Shown here in pieces: positions 29,359 through 43,619 of a DNA stretch of 64,000 nt. This DNA is from Ptychomitrium polyphyllum (Eukaryota): NCBI GenBank assembly GCA_973851085.1, contig OZ316776.1, forward strand, positions 9,858,001 through 9,922,000. Reading direction: 5' to 3'. Made by a program: the position numbers and the translations under genes. Position 1 is the stretch's first letter. The number at the start of each line of letters is the position of its first letter. Below the pieces are notes generated by a model. The model had not been told where the DNA came from. It worked only from the letters and a program-made list of their open reading frames with translations, and made no database searches.

Positions 29359-32300
29359 CATGCTTATTGGTGATGAAACTATCAAATGGCTGTAAAGATA
29401 TGTCTAATTCTTCATACAGTAAACAAATTTTAACTATTCAACATTGATATTATACTTTTTATTTTGGCAATTGTCTATAATTCATATATGCAAAATAACA
29501 AACATAAAATTCTTGTTTGAAGAGTAAAAAAGTGAAAAATGTGTTGAAGTATAGAATTTTTGAAATAAATATTAATTCTTATGAAAAGTATTAATTTAAG
29601 ATTTTTTTTACAAGAATAATTTACAAGTAGCGCATTCTTTATTCTTATATATGAACCATTTGAAGATTTCATATACAATTACTAAATTTGCAATATTTTG
29701 CTTATATAATGTTATTGATAAGCATATCTTAATAAACCTTTGGTATTCTAAATGTGTAATGATACAAATCTACTATTTACCAAAAAAAGGTTGTAGAGTT
29801 CAATTGAATAAATGGTTTAAATTATGAATGTCTTTTTTTATTATAAAAATATAATAATTCAATGGAGTTTCATATATTTGTAATATCATTTTCATTATTT
29901 GTTGTAATTAATCCTTTTAAAAAGTAACAATAGAAATTCCAATATAAATAACATTTATAATCTTGTTCAATTAAGCGGATGCTTGGCTTTATTATAGATC
30001 TATATTCATAACCTATTTCAACAATCTTGCTTGCAATGGATTGTATTTTCATAACTAATTAATTTAAATTAAATCTTAGATTATTTGCCAATATAGTTTT
30101 GCCAATTATTAATGTACATTTACAAAATTTAATCATTGTTTAGTTCTACTACATTTAATATTAAAAAACATTTGGTAAATAAGAATCATTAGTATTTCCA
30201 CATAAGCATACATACAAGCGTAGAGTTGTTAAACTTTTGTGTTTTTGGTTCTATATATTTAAATATTGTTTATAATTGCATAGTTTATATATATATTTAT
30301 GTTCTTAAGGAACACATAATAGTGTTAAAATTTATACAAAATGGTTGGTTTATACAATTAAACATTCATTGGATAAACAAAAGATAATTGTATAGGATTG
30401 CAACTTTGTGATTCCTATTTTACAAAAGTTTCAATATAAACATTATATTGATATTACAATTAAATATACATACGTCATATATGTGTTGATATGCTTGCAT
30501 ATTAATCATTGATATTTTCACGATTAAATTCTATTTAAAAGATGATTCAAAATTCATTTGTTTTATTGTTTAGGTTTAGGATATGTTATCAGTGTAAAGA
30601 AATTAAAACACATGTGTTTAAAAACTCATATATACAAAGTGCATTTATATATTATTTTCAATCATAGCTATGCAAAATCTAATGCATTTCAAAATATCAC
30701 ACTTGAAAATGACATTGTAGGAGCCTATTTGAAATCCTTGAAAACTTTTCATCAACAAATGCCCTTCAGGAATTAACCAAGCCTATGCTCAAAAAAATTG
30801 GAAAAACGGTTTTTGATATTTCATAAAAGTAAAATCACACTAAAGTATCAAAACATGACTTGGGTGCTATTAGCATAGAAAATTTTAATTATTCTAATTG
30901 TTCTCTTCTAATTCTGTAATTTTTTTAACAATTTGTTTGTTTGTGATGGTTCTGTCATGTATGGTTCTTTTATAACACAAAAGCAGGATCAATGCCACTG
31001 CATTTAACTTAAAAAATCTCTAGTTGTGCCACATGCATGAAATCATTGCAATATTTCACGTACCTGGGCTTATTAAAAATCCCAGAAAATCAGACATCTC
31101 TTTCTGTAAATAGCCATGTACTGGTGTTACATGTTTGTAAGGAAAACAGAGCCAGACTAGATGGTCTCACAAGAAGAGTTCCAGCAGAGGGTTCAAGTGT
31201 GAACCTTTTACACTAATAGCAACAGCATGACTGAATCAGGTGAGTATCCGGGCTGTGGCACTGCCCATCCCCTCAAGGATAAAATCTGCCTACAACTAGT
31301 CACTGACTAGAGGGTTTATGTGAAGCTTGGAGCCTCTGGAATTTCAGGGACTCCCATCACACGATGCTTGTAACCTTGAAACATTGAAACCTTTAGTTGC
31401 TTCATTTATCACTTCCACTTTACTAGAAACATCACAAATTTGTTTCTAAATTGAGTTTAGAGTTTTGCAAAAAAAGTCTTTCATCATGTGTTTTACTTGA
31501 AACACTAAGTCATGGATTTTACAATTCAATTAAGAACTTGTGGTTTATTGATAATGACCATGTTAAATTGCCTTTAAAGTTGCAATCCTTTGAAGGTGAT
31601 CTACACCAACTACTAGAATGTTATTACGTGTCTTCATTTATGGTATCTTCTATCATATTAGCTGTTATTTATGAAGAATGAAGAATGTAAGATATATGAA
31701 TTAGTTGCGGTTAGAATAAAAGCATCCTTATATCAAAAAAATTATTAGTTAATGAAAGTATATTTTAAGTCTTAGAATTAGAAAATGAAACTCAACTCAA
31801 GTAGTTTATAAGTTTTAAAGTTGGTACATGTATTATATGTTTATCAAGTCATGAATTTATAAACATATATTAAATTAATACCAATGTAGAAAAACAAGGC
31901 ATCCGATGTGAATACACTAGTTTCATGCATGTATTGGTTAGGAATCAAAATGGAAGGTTGAAAAGGAGATGGATTTTATTTCTCTTGCAATCATTTTAAG
32001 GTGAATAGTACATGATCATTTGCAACAACTCACCATGTTTGGTATTCTTACCTTGTTAATGGAACTTATAAAAAATAATTTGAAACATTTTTATAATAAC
32101 TTTTACTTTGCAATACTTACATGTTTAATTTTTTATTTTAATAAAAAACAAATAAAAGAAATACATGGGAAAAAACGTTGTGCATTTAGACATAGGCAAT
32201 TCTTGTTTTTAAAAAACTTGATTTATATAGAAGTCAATTTTGAATATAATCAATTTGAAATTTAAATGGAAAGCAAGTCAATGTAGATGACTTGAGGTTT

Positions 32301-34837
32301 TTTGAGTTTGATGTAAGAAAATCATTTTCAACTCTACTATGTTCAGTCAAAAATGCCATGTTTATTAAATATTGATATTTAATAGAATAAAATTAGATTT
32401 CATTCTTCTATATGTAATTTTCAATATAATTTCATTGTATTCCTTGAACATAGAAATGTTCAAAGAGAAGATTGAATTTGCAAGCTATAAACAAAGGACT
32501 AAGGAAATAAGCCTTGATCTCACTCTTAATTGTGTTTAAAGTCCTCTTGAGTTCATTGTGCTTGTTCAATCTCATCTCTAATATCTTGTATTTCAAACAA
32601 AAAAAGAAGATCTAAAAATGTGCCTAAAATTTCATCAAAATATGTAAATGGAGCCTTGCTTAAAAGATTAAAAAATACTTTAATCCTTTTAAAATTGAGC
32701 CATTTATGGACCTATTGGATCCAATACTCAATAAGCCATAAAATATATTTTATAAATTATAAACTACAATAATTATTTTCTTTAACTTTTAAAAGCTTTT
32801 ATGAGATTTTTATTTATTTTTTAATGAATATTCAAGTGTATAAATCTTGCAAAAAACTTATAAGTACAATAAATAAATACTGAAATTCATTAAAAGAATA
32901 TAAAAGAATCATAGTATCATTATTCATTGTCATCTCATATGCTATAAATTTCAATTTCATACCATATTTAAATAAAAAGTCACATCATATTAAAGGTCTA
33001 AAGCGGATTATACTCCTTCTATTTGTTACAGTTATAGAAATTGGAATATGAACTTTAATTGAAACAAAAATTACAATTACATTTCTTGACATGGTCTTAA
33101 AGAATTTTTGCTCAAACATAAATAGCAATTTTGTAATGGCCCTTGTGAAAAATTCAAAAACAAACATCTAATAGTCTATTTTTGGTTATACAATGGTTTG
33201 ATCATAGATAGATAAAAGAAGCACCTTCTACCAAACAAAGAATATCATGGCACTTATTTTCAACAATTTTTTGTAGGTAGAAATAAAGGCTTGACTTCCA
33301 ATACAATTAAAAATATATTTTCTTCAACAAAACTTGAATTGGAAAAAAACAAAAGTTATTTTTAGCAAATGCCAAAAACTACCAACAAATTTGTTCATTA
33401 ATAATTCAAACAATAGTTAGTAACCACCACTAAACTTGAAGTTTGTTTTTTAAAGGTCAAGCTACAACAAAGTAATTGTTGTACATCTTCTTATTATGAT
33501 AACTTTCCTTTATATATTATGACACATCAATTTCAAGTTGAATGCAAGCTTTGAGTTTTCCTAATCTCAAAATTATCTGTTAATCATATTTAGAAGTTGT
33601 ATATAGGTTCATTGAAACAAATGTTTCAATTTTATTATTTTAATACCAAATTCAATCCTTGTAGTCCCATATATTTCTGGCACTAACCAAATAAGACCAT
33701 TTTTTATAACAAAGAATATACACTTAAACAATCATAGCACACAAATTACTTGAGATAGAAATTGAGTTTTGGTTCAATGGAACAAACTTTGTGAATCAAG
33801 GTAGTTTTTTGAGCTTCTGAAATCCTTACTTTGTAAAGGTCTGTATTTTCAAGACCTTTGAAATCTAACACAGCACTATTCACTTCTATTCTGTAGAACA
33901 TCGATGATAAATTTGAACGTATCTAAATTATATAGGCAGTGGTTAATTTAACAAAAAAGTTAGAAAAGAAAATATATCATTGCCAACAAATACCTTGAAT
34001 TATGAAAAATTGTTTTTTTACTTTGTGCAATAATAACTTTTTGATATTTTCTTTAATTTTGCACAAGGAGAAGTTGTTCTTACTATATTATTAAAAGATG
34101 TTATAACTTTTTATTCACCCTTTATTTTTGTTTTTATTTTCTTAATATTAACTAAAATCACGAAGTCCATTTTTTTGAAGCTTCTATAAATTAAGACTTA
34201 ATTTTATATATTCATAAAAGGTAATTATTTCCGTATTTAGAATCATTCAATATGTGCTAAAAGAACATATTTGCATATTTTGTTGAAGTTGTAAGAAATA
34301 ATACATATGTAATCTATCTTTTTATAACATTTCATCAGTACAAACATGGAACAATGGAAAAAAAACAAAATTTAAACCTAATTTACATTTCTCTTTTGAA
34401 AGATACTATAATTTTTATTTTTATTTTCTGCATTAATACCTGCATACTATTATACACTTGTATTTAGAATATTCCAAAATAAGTGTTTACATTCAAATTT
34501 AATATATAATATTCAAAACATGTCCATGTACAAGATACAATATGTTCTCCTAGAAATTAAAGGAGGTCCAAGAGGAGGTGAGAGTGAATTGGTGTATTTG
34601 ACTTACAAATGAGGAAAGAGACTTAGCAACCATATTATAGGGGTTGAATTTACATTATGCACTCTATGCCCATTCTTGAATTATTCACTTTCATACTCCA
34701 TCCCCTAACCAATTAGTGCTTTTATTCCATTTGCCCAAGCCAGTGCCCATGGAGATGCACAGAGTTCAGGGAAAACTAGTATTTGTCATAGTTTTTAAAA
34801 ATGTGAGATCCTTGGGGAATTAGAGCATTTTGATATT

Positions 34838-35110
34838 GTCTTCCAATAGGTGTGGAAGTGCACAGTAAGAGACAAAACTTTTGAGGGGTTCAAAGATTCC
34901 ATTGAAGCTTTCAGGACAACCAGGTTCAGTTCAACACACAGAAGTGCATCATAAAATAAGGACCACTTCCCAGTGGAAAGATTGAGTACGAAGGCCATTT
35001 GCATTTCAACTGGGTTGAACATTTGTCTACTGTGTCGAAGACCTGAGGTCATCAATACCCACAAAACTCTGTCTGGGACCATGCACCTGGGTATGGAGTT
35101 GTGGACTTTG
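34838..35110 (+). mobile_element. Possible decayed L1 zf-RVT relic
   Basis: One frame with one internal stop: VWKCTVRDK...FPVERL...CLLCRRPEVINTH; spacing is looser than canonical. Confidence 0.28.
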
Positions 35111-38104
35111 AGGCCAAGCTTTAATCAATGCCTTTGTCTTTAGTGTGTTCTCATCAATTACCAAGAATGCAAATGAGGGGTTTACACAATGGATTCAAAT
35201 TCCCCTTTCCTAGGGGTCTCTTATCTAAAAATGCCCAAATGAATGTTCTAATTTCTTGCAAGAATACTTACTCTGTTTTACATCTGCAAAATATCCCCAA
35301 TAAACTTAGAAGATAAATGTACTTGTAAGTCATTAGAGCATTTCCACAAACCTCATTGAATGGTTTCCTATTCTCAAGTTTGGACAAAATTTTAGGAAAA
35401 ATACCAACTAAGATACATGTGCAATCATAGTATATATGTTTATACATATTGTATATTAAAATTGCAAGAGTCTATTGTATATGTATATATGCTAAAAAAT
35501 ATCTTCAAAAAATATGCAGAGTTTTATAAAAAAAACATCACCACGGTTTAAAATATATTTAACATGTTAATGAATTGTGAATTGTGGTGATTTTGAATCA
35601 ACACACTTTATTAGTTGCAATGTATGTTGCAAATCATAAACTATTATTTAATTTATGATGGTAATATATGGTGGTATGTATTATATAAATTGTTAGTGTT
35701 GAAAATGAATGAAAATGCCCAAAGGAGTAAGAACATATACATTTGAATGAACAAGATCATACACAAAGCACATAATTTGATCATTTGAAGGAAAAATGTG
35801 ACTTGCAAAACCTTTTAAAGGATAATATTTATGTGTTTATATAAAATTTAATATACTATAAATCGAACACAATATCATATATAATAAAGTAGATATTTTA
35901 TTATCAAACATTATTGTCTATAAGAGTATTATATGTAATAAACTTAATTAAGTGTTATATGTTTGAACTAAATTGAAATGTGACCTCTGGCTACACAATA
36001 CTTTAAATTATTTTCAAGCCTAAGAACATATAATATTCATGTGGATTTGTTAAAATACCATATTATGAAAATCATAAAGTAACATTTTTTCCTACAATTA
36101 ATTGTTACTTGGTTAAGATGTCATCAACCTCTGTAATATACCTTCTAATTTTAAATTCAAAAAAAAAAATTCATGTCATAGATTATTGAACTTATTAATA
36201 ATATTTTTTAATTATTTTTGTATATTAAATAATGTACAATAACCAAATGATTCATGTAAGCCATCAATTCGATGAATTTAAATAATAGTATTATATTTTT
36301 AGAATATGAATTTAATTGAATGCACTCAAATAAATAAAATGAATTCTTTAGGTTCGTATGTGGTTTTCCTTCTATGTAAATATAATTAGTACTTTGCTAA
36401 ATGACAATATTCTTTGACATCTAATTTGTTTCATAGCAAGTCTACTTTAAAATGGTTGTATTTTTCTTGAGAAATCAAAGTTGTTTTGCTTTAAAGTATG
36501 TAAGTGATTTGTTGTTTTTAAACCACCTTTACATATGTGTAGAAAATTTGGAAAGAATAGACATATTTTTTCTTTTTTATAAAAACACCAATTTAGAATT
36601 ACTTTAAATGTTCTAATTTGTTAAAAACATATTAAAATCCAGTACAGAATTTTATTTTATTTTTGAATGGATTTTTTGTTTAAGAAAATTTAACATATAG
36701 AATATGTGGATGACTATTATAGTGTATGAAATGGTACACTACGACCCTGAACCTGTAATCAAGCTTACCACATTATTTTTCACTCTGCAATACTTCACCC
36801 CCTTAGAAACAGAGTGTTTGAGTGGGGATTAATCCTGTGCACAAGTCAATTTTGCACTACCTCCTGCTGCAAAACCTTGAAGTGACACTCTGATCGTCCT
36901 CAAAGCGTAGGTCCAACTACAACTGCAGGATTCAGCTTCTGTGTATTCAGAAATATAAAATAGATTAGAAGCTTCTTTTACAATGAAGCTTAAACACAAA
37001 AAGAAGTAAAATTAAAATTAAAGAAGGAACCCCGATTTCCAGCGTAGAACACTATAGTAGTGACTAGCATATCTAATTCTCAAACTTCAAAACCTTCTTT
37101 AAAATTAGGAAGACGGAATCTAGGGTTTGTGTTGCCTGTTTTGCAAATTTCCTATTCGGAGCCATTTTGATTCCTGGAATCCACAATCCTCATATCCATA
37201 TTCTAATAAAAGCCGACATAATAAGAGGTATTTGGATAGTGGTCGCGCATTATCAATATTAGGCTCCTTTCTTTGCTTTGCACCCATTGTTTGCAAGAGA
37301 AGGGATATGGAGTAGCACATGGAAAGGGAGCTATATAAGTCACAAGTTGAGTCTGTTCTAAGCTAATCCATCAACCAACAGTGGGCTAGATTATAAAAAA
37401 CAACTGCCACCAATTCCCATGATTGAGGGCAGTTATCTCCAAGCCGAGCCCTAACTCAGTGATGCCAAAGTCACCATACTTGCTAAAATCTCAACACCTC
37501 TTGCGTTTGAGACCAATTTATGTTAATATGTGTGTTAAGCCCTCCTATGCTCACTAGGTCAGTCAGAGGGAAGGAAACAACAAGAAAGTTTTCATGGACC
37601 CCTTACCGGGCTTGGGTGAATTAAGGAGTTGGAGGAGTGTTATAAGATGATGGGTAAGCAATGTTGTTGGCTACTTTTCCTTTTTTATTCTACGCATTTC
37701 TAACTTAGAAGCATCTTGCAAAAGGAAATTATAAAAGAAATTGCTATTGGTGTCAGTTGTTACCACCAGGCCCCCATGGAAGAAAGTTTGGAAAACCGGG
37801 ATGGGTAGTACCAGCCCAATTACACATAGAAGCTCGCCCTTAGTTCATGGCATTCATCTTGGATTAGGAATATCATGGTTGTTGCGTCCAAACTTAATTA
37901 ATTTGAAGATGCAATTTTTTGAACTAATGAAAATTGGTCCCCACAATTAGGCAAACAAGTGCATACATGTTTTAAATTTTAAGATTCTATATGTATCCAT
38001 TTGTAATGTATATAATGTTGAGGGCATGTTTACACTTGTACTTTAGGCTGCAATCAAAAATACATGTGGTACTTTGTTTAAAATATAAGGTCAATTGAAG
38101 TCAA

Positions 38105-38110
38105 AATAAC

Positions 38111-38142
<32 letters not shown>

Positions 38143-38145
38143 TAA
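38105..38145. repeat. (AAT)n microsatellite with AAC interruptions
   Basis: AATAACAATAATAATAATAATAATAATAATAATAACAATAAATAA. Confidence 0.9.
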
Positions 38146-38249
38146 ATAAAATGAACATCTAAAATTTATTTATGGCTTTTCAATTTTGCAACTTCTTCGA
38201 GGTTACAAGAAATAAGAAGACATTGTTTATTAAGACACTATCCAATTTT

Positions 38250-38317
38250 AAGGACCCTAGCCAATATTTTGCTTGGTATTAATCCAATTCCAAGTTATCA
38301 ATGCTCTCCATCAATGA
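38250..38317. repeat. Dispersed repeat, copy 2 (partner 16890-16957)
   Basis: Ungapped alignment 54/68 identical by hand count. Confidence 0.85.
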
Positions 38318-41300
38318 AAATTTTTCATTTTTTTGGCCTTTAATATAATAAATCTAATTGTATACATGCCATGCATTGGAAGTTTATAATACTATTATGA
38401 TTTATATATTGAAATTTTTTATATTAAATTTAAAAATCCTATTGTGTATTTTTGAATAATTTCAAATAGCCAAAGGTGTATTTTCTTACTTCTTTTGGCA
38501 CTTTCATTCATCAATTTGAATAGATAATTCGTGAGGTTTATTATGGTCAAGTTAAATATAGCTTGTGACTTCATTGCAACATTCATCCATGCACCAACCT
38601 TTAATTTTTGCATGACCACGTTATTTAGTTCAAAACTTCTTATATAATACTACAAAAACACATAAAGATATAGCATTTAAAGACCTTATGTTTTGTCATA
38701 TTATAAAGGCTTTCAATGCCAAAAGTTTTTTCATCTATATTATGAGCAAGTTGATGACTTTGGATCCACTTCTTGTAAAGCTTTGTAATGCAAAGTATTG
38801 TTTTATATCATTTCTATTGCCTTCATTGATTAGATGTGTTTTTAAAAGGCTTGTTACTCATATCCTTGTATTTTTTCAATATTATAACAACTTGAATTCA
38901 TTTTTTGTATGAATAAATATACAACACTTCAATAATATAATAATTTTTGTATTTTTCAAATACTATATTTTATAGAAAATTTTATTTTTTTGAAGTTGGA
39001 ATTGGAATACCTCATTTAACTTCCAAAAGTCCAATCATATATTTTATTCATAATTTCATTTGTCCAAATGTATATCTGTTTAATCTTTATAATATTATTT
39101 TTAATACTCATTAGTTATATTATTTAAAATTTGTATGACAAAATATTGAATAAGGCCACAAAAGTAGACATCTACATTCACCTATTAATAGCTATATAAT
39201 AATTCATCTTAGATGCCACTTGTTTGATAATTATTTGCCTACATGATGTTTTTAGAAATTATCCTTTAAGAATTTAGAGTGTTTTGTTTTTATGCAAATA
39301 AAGTTATTCCTTTTAATAAATGTAGTAAAGTTGTTAATGGATGCAAGTGGAAACATATGGTTTCAAACTACGATGGAATGACATTATTAGAACAAATTCA
39401 CAATTAATGTTATTATTTTACAAGAAAAGCTAATTTATTTGGATGTTTATTTTAAATTACATTTATATATGCATGTACTTTATAAAAGATAATAAAAAAT
39501 GTGCATATTTATAGCATTTCTAATATAAATTTAATAATTGCTTCATCAAGGTAATAGTGGTTTGAGGTTGGATATTTAAAGTATGTATTTTAGGTTGTAG
39601 ATAAGGATACAAGTAGATTCATTTGAATATTGATGCATAATAATGTGACAAGTATAATAGAGTGCTTTAAGTTTAATACGTAATTTGTTCATAACTTTAA
39701 GTGGTTTTTAATAAAAATCCACATTTTTTGAGTAAGTTTTTTTTTGTTTTCAAATGTCATTGTTTATTTGTTTTTGGAGGATAATTTTTTTTTTTATAAT
39801 ACAAAAATTGCAAGGAATTTTTTTTAAATGATTGATATAGTCATTTGATAATGGTTCATTATCTTTATTGTTTATACAGAAAATTATCTTGTATTAATTT
39901 TGTCCGTATCTTATGTTCATTAAGATATGTATAAAGTTATGAAATTTGAAGAATGGAGGTATAATTTATAATTGGATTAAAAAGCTTATAATTAAGATTT
40001 TAATTTTGAGTGATTATACTTCTAATTCATTGAATAAATAATCATATCCACTATATTGCTTCTTATATAAACCATGCATCATTTAAATGACCATATCAAA
40101 GATCTCTTAATTTATACTAGAAGGTTGTTCCTTTGTCATCCTAAGATTGTATTTTAAAATATGGTAAGTAAAAAGTTTCATGGTTGTAGAACAACTCAAT
40201 ATAGAATATAAGTGTAGACATATAATTTGGAATATTGTTATAAAGCAATTTTTGAGAAATATAGATTAAAGATGGTGCATATACTTGAAGATTTTGGTTT
40301 GGAAATTTTGTAGTTAAATAAAATAAAATCCTTGTTTTTGTTTCAAATTTTTAAAAGATGATTTGAGTGATGGTGATAATGTACTTATATATTGATGTTG
40401 ATTCCAAAGCCATAATACTATGGTATTTGGTTATTTATTTTTAAAAAAATTGATTTTTATATTTGATGCCATTACAATACCTATTTACACAAATAGAAAT
40501 TATAATTTTTGAGTTTGTTAAAGATATTTGCTTCAACCAACCTATATAAGATCAATATCAATAAAAAAGACGGTTTGGAAATTTTACCATTTTCTCATTG
40601 AAAATTACTTATCTACAATTCCACATCTTGAACCTCATTTTATTTGAAGAAAGTAAATTCATATTTGCCATATTAAAGATTGGTGATTTAATAGCCATCT
40701 GGTATTTTTTTATGGCCTTTAAAATGTCGACACAAGTTCAAGTTGAATAATAATTTTGAAAAAAATGAATATAGTTACAAGTTTTCATAAAGTATTCTTG
40801 CAAAATTTGAACAACCACTAGTAGATCAAATTATTAATAAGCCAAACAACAACTAATAAGTACTTTTTTACATCATGCATAACCATCTAAATTTTATTTA
40901 AAAGTCACTATGTACCAAGTCCATATTTGTGAAAAGAAAAGTTTTTATAGATAAAAGATTATGTTAGAGGTGTTGAAATTCTAGAAATCAAACCTTTAGT
41001 TTGCTCTTCAATCATATGTGATACTTGTCTTTGAGTACAATGTCCTCCTTTGATTTGCAATACTATCATACTTTGCATTGAAACTAAATTCCAAGAAAAT
41101 TCAATAAATGCACATCAAGTGGAGAACAACTCTTGTATAATAGAGCCAAAATTCAAATTTTCTTATGGTTTAAATTTTTTTTAATTTTTTTTTAATTATA
41201 GAATGCATAAGAGATAAAAATAATAAGAAAGGATAGAGGCTCAAAATCCAAAACAAACTTTTTCGAAGTAGTTGCTTCATATCCATCAATTAACCGTGCC

Positions 41301-43619
41301 CTTCATCTAAATCTTTATCAACACAAACACTTATATGCCATAACCTCTATCCTACAAAGTTGATGTCTAGCAATGCTATTGTCTTACAATATTATTTTCT
41401 TACAAGAAATATTATGGTAGAATTTCCATTTACAAACATACATTACATGGGTTTTTTCCAAAATATTTGATGAATTCACCTTTTTTTTTCAATTACCACC
41501 ACTCCATTTATATCTATTTCTACCACCATTATGAATCCACCAAAGTTGTCTATGAAATATTTTTTAAAGCAAAAAGTTTAAAAACACGTGTTGAAATCTA
41601 TTTTTGCCACAAAAACAATCAATAGTGTATTTTGAAGTGTATTTTGATGAATCAATGAGGAACTTTGATTTAATTTTCTTCTTTTATTTCTTACTTGTTC
41701 CTTTTCTTTTCTAATCCATTGATTCTATTGTCATTTCTTCTATTCTTTTTTATTATTTCATTTATCTCATAAATATTTATACCTATTACAAGCACATATG
41801 ACTTTTACATACCTAAAAGATATATGATGAGACAATCTTCTTAATACTTCAATACAAAGTAGTTTTCTAAACTGTTTGACATGCTCATTAACAACAGATT
41901 TCAAATCTGTTGTACTTGTGGATAATTCATTTCATTTAAGTCATAACTGTGCTTTAATTAATTTGAATCTTCATTCAAAAATCCATCTATAGTACTTATA
42001 TACCTCAATTCTAAAAGCACTACAGAGTCCACTAAATAGGAATGCCATTGGCAGTTTATTGTTTTTGTAATAGAGGTTTCACAATTCCATATGTTTTAAG
42101 TGCTCGACCTTCAAATGTCCAAGGTGAACCACCAGTGCATCGAGGACAATAAACATTCAATACAATGCTTCGAATCCCATTTCAGTCAAATTTTAAACCA
42201 AAACCTCTACTTAAAACTTCATTATCCATGACTTGTTTATTTGCACACAATGAATGTTGAATAAATTCTGCATTAAATGAATTTTTCTATCCATTTAAAT
42301 TTCAGAGATTTAAATTGGAAGAGCATTTTCTGATGAGCTATTTTGAAGCAATGGTTTATTAATTAAATCATTTACGTATTGTAAAAAATTTAACATCTTT
42401 GACTTTTTGGTATTAATTACAAATATCAACAAGAAATTCTTCAAATTTTTGTTAATAAGAGATGTCCAAAACTGAGGAAAATCCCTGGATACTTAAAGAT
42501 TAATTTTGTTTTTGACCCAACCAATTCTTCATCCAAAACTAGGTGCTAAAAAGCACAAAAGTGATGTTGTATTAATTTTTATTTGAAAGTCAAGTCATCA
42601 TGTAAAGGTCTACATCCTAGTTCTGAACTTAAAAGCCAATCAAATTTCGAGAATAAACTTCCTTAGAAATGGGCAAATATTACAATTTTTTTGTGATTGA
42701 GCTTTTACATTATCATTTTCTCATTCTCTTCACTGTAAGCCGTGGATCCTTTTTATGGATTTTTGTTCAAGATTTGGGCCATGATCAGCTTGAACTTTCT
42801 TGCTTGATAGAAAATATTTTTTTGATAATGGTTTTGTCCTTCAAGCAAAGTACTACTCATGTCTTTTGATTAGAGCATAAGTTTTTGATTGTAGATATTT
42901 TCTAAGTTGTATCATTTCAACTAAGTAATTGCATAAAACAAAGGCTTGTATTTATTAAATCATTTCCTATTTACCACAATTAGGAACTTTAAAGATGGTT
43001 TACACACATGACTAAGAGCTATGACAAATTTGAAAAATCAAAAGCTTTATTTTAAAGCTCTCAATCACTTTCTGATTTATAATTTAAACAAGGAAGAATT
43101 TTTGCTAAGTTTTTTGAATATATTTCTACAAAAAAAATTTAAAAATGTTAAATGAATGATTGTGGATATTTGGACCTTTCAATCTCTTTGAATTGTATTG
43201 AACCACATCAATTGAGATTTAGGTTGTTTTAATGAAAAAATTCATTAAAACATGAAACATTATCCATTCAATTAAAAGTTGCAATTTCTTGGAACCTAAA
43301 GTGTTACAATCATTGTCTTTTATGTAGTAATGTAAAGCAAAGCCAAACAAATTGCTCATTTTTGGCTGATAACAAATTTAAGAATGCCATGGAGTATCTT
43401 GAAGGACAACATGAGAAATATCACGGCTAAAGAATCCCTGAAACTGCCTCCAACATTATGTTGAAAAGCATCTAAGATGACATAATAATTATACTCAAAA
43501 CACATTTTTAATCATTTATATTATTATAATGACAAGCTATGATAGACTTATAATTTAGATGATTTAACATTGTAATCCTGCAATTGCTTTAAAACTCCAC
43601 ATGCTTTAATGGAATTTCT

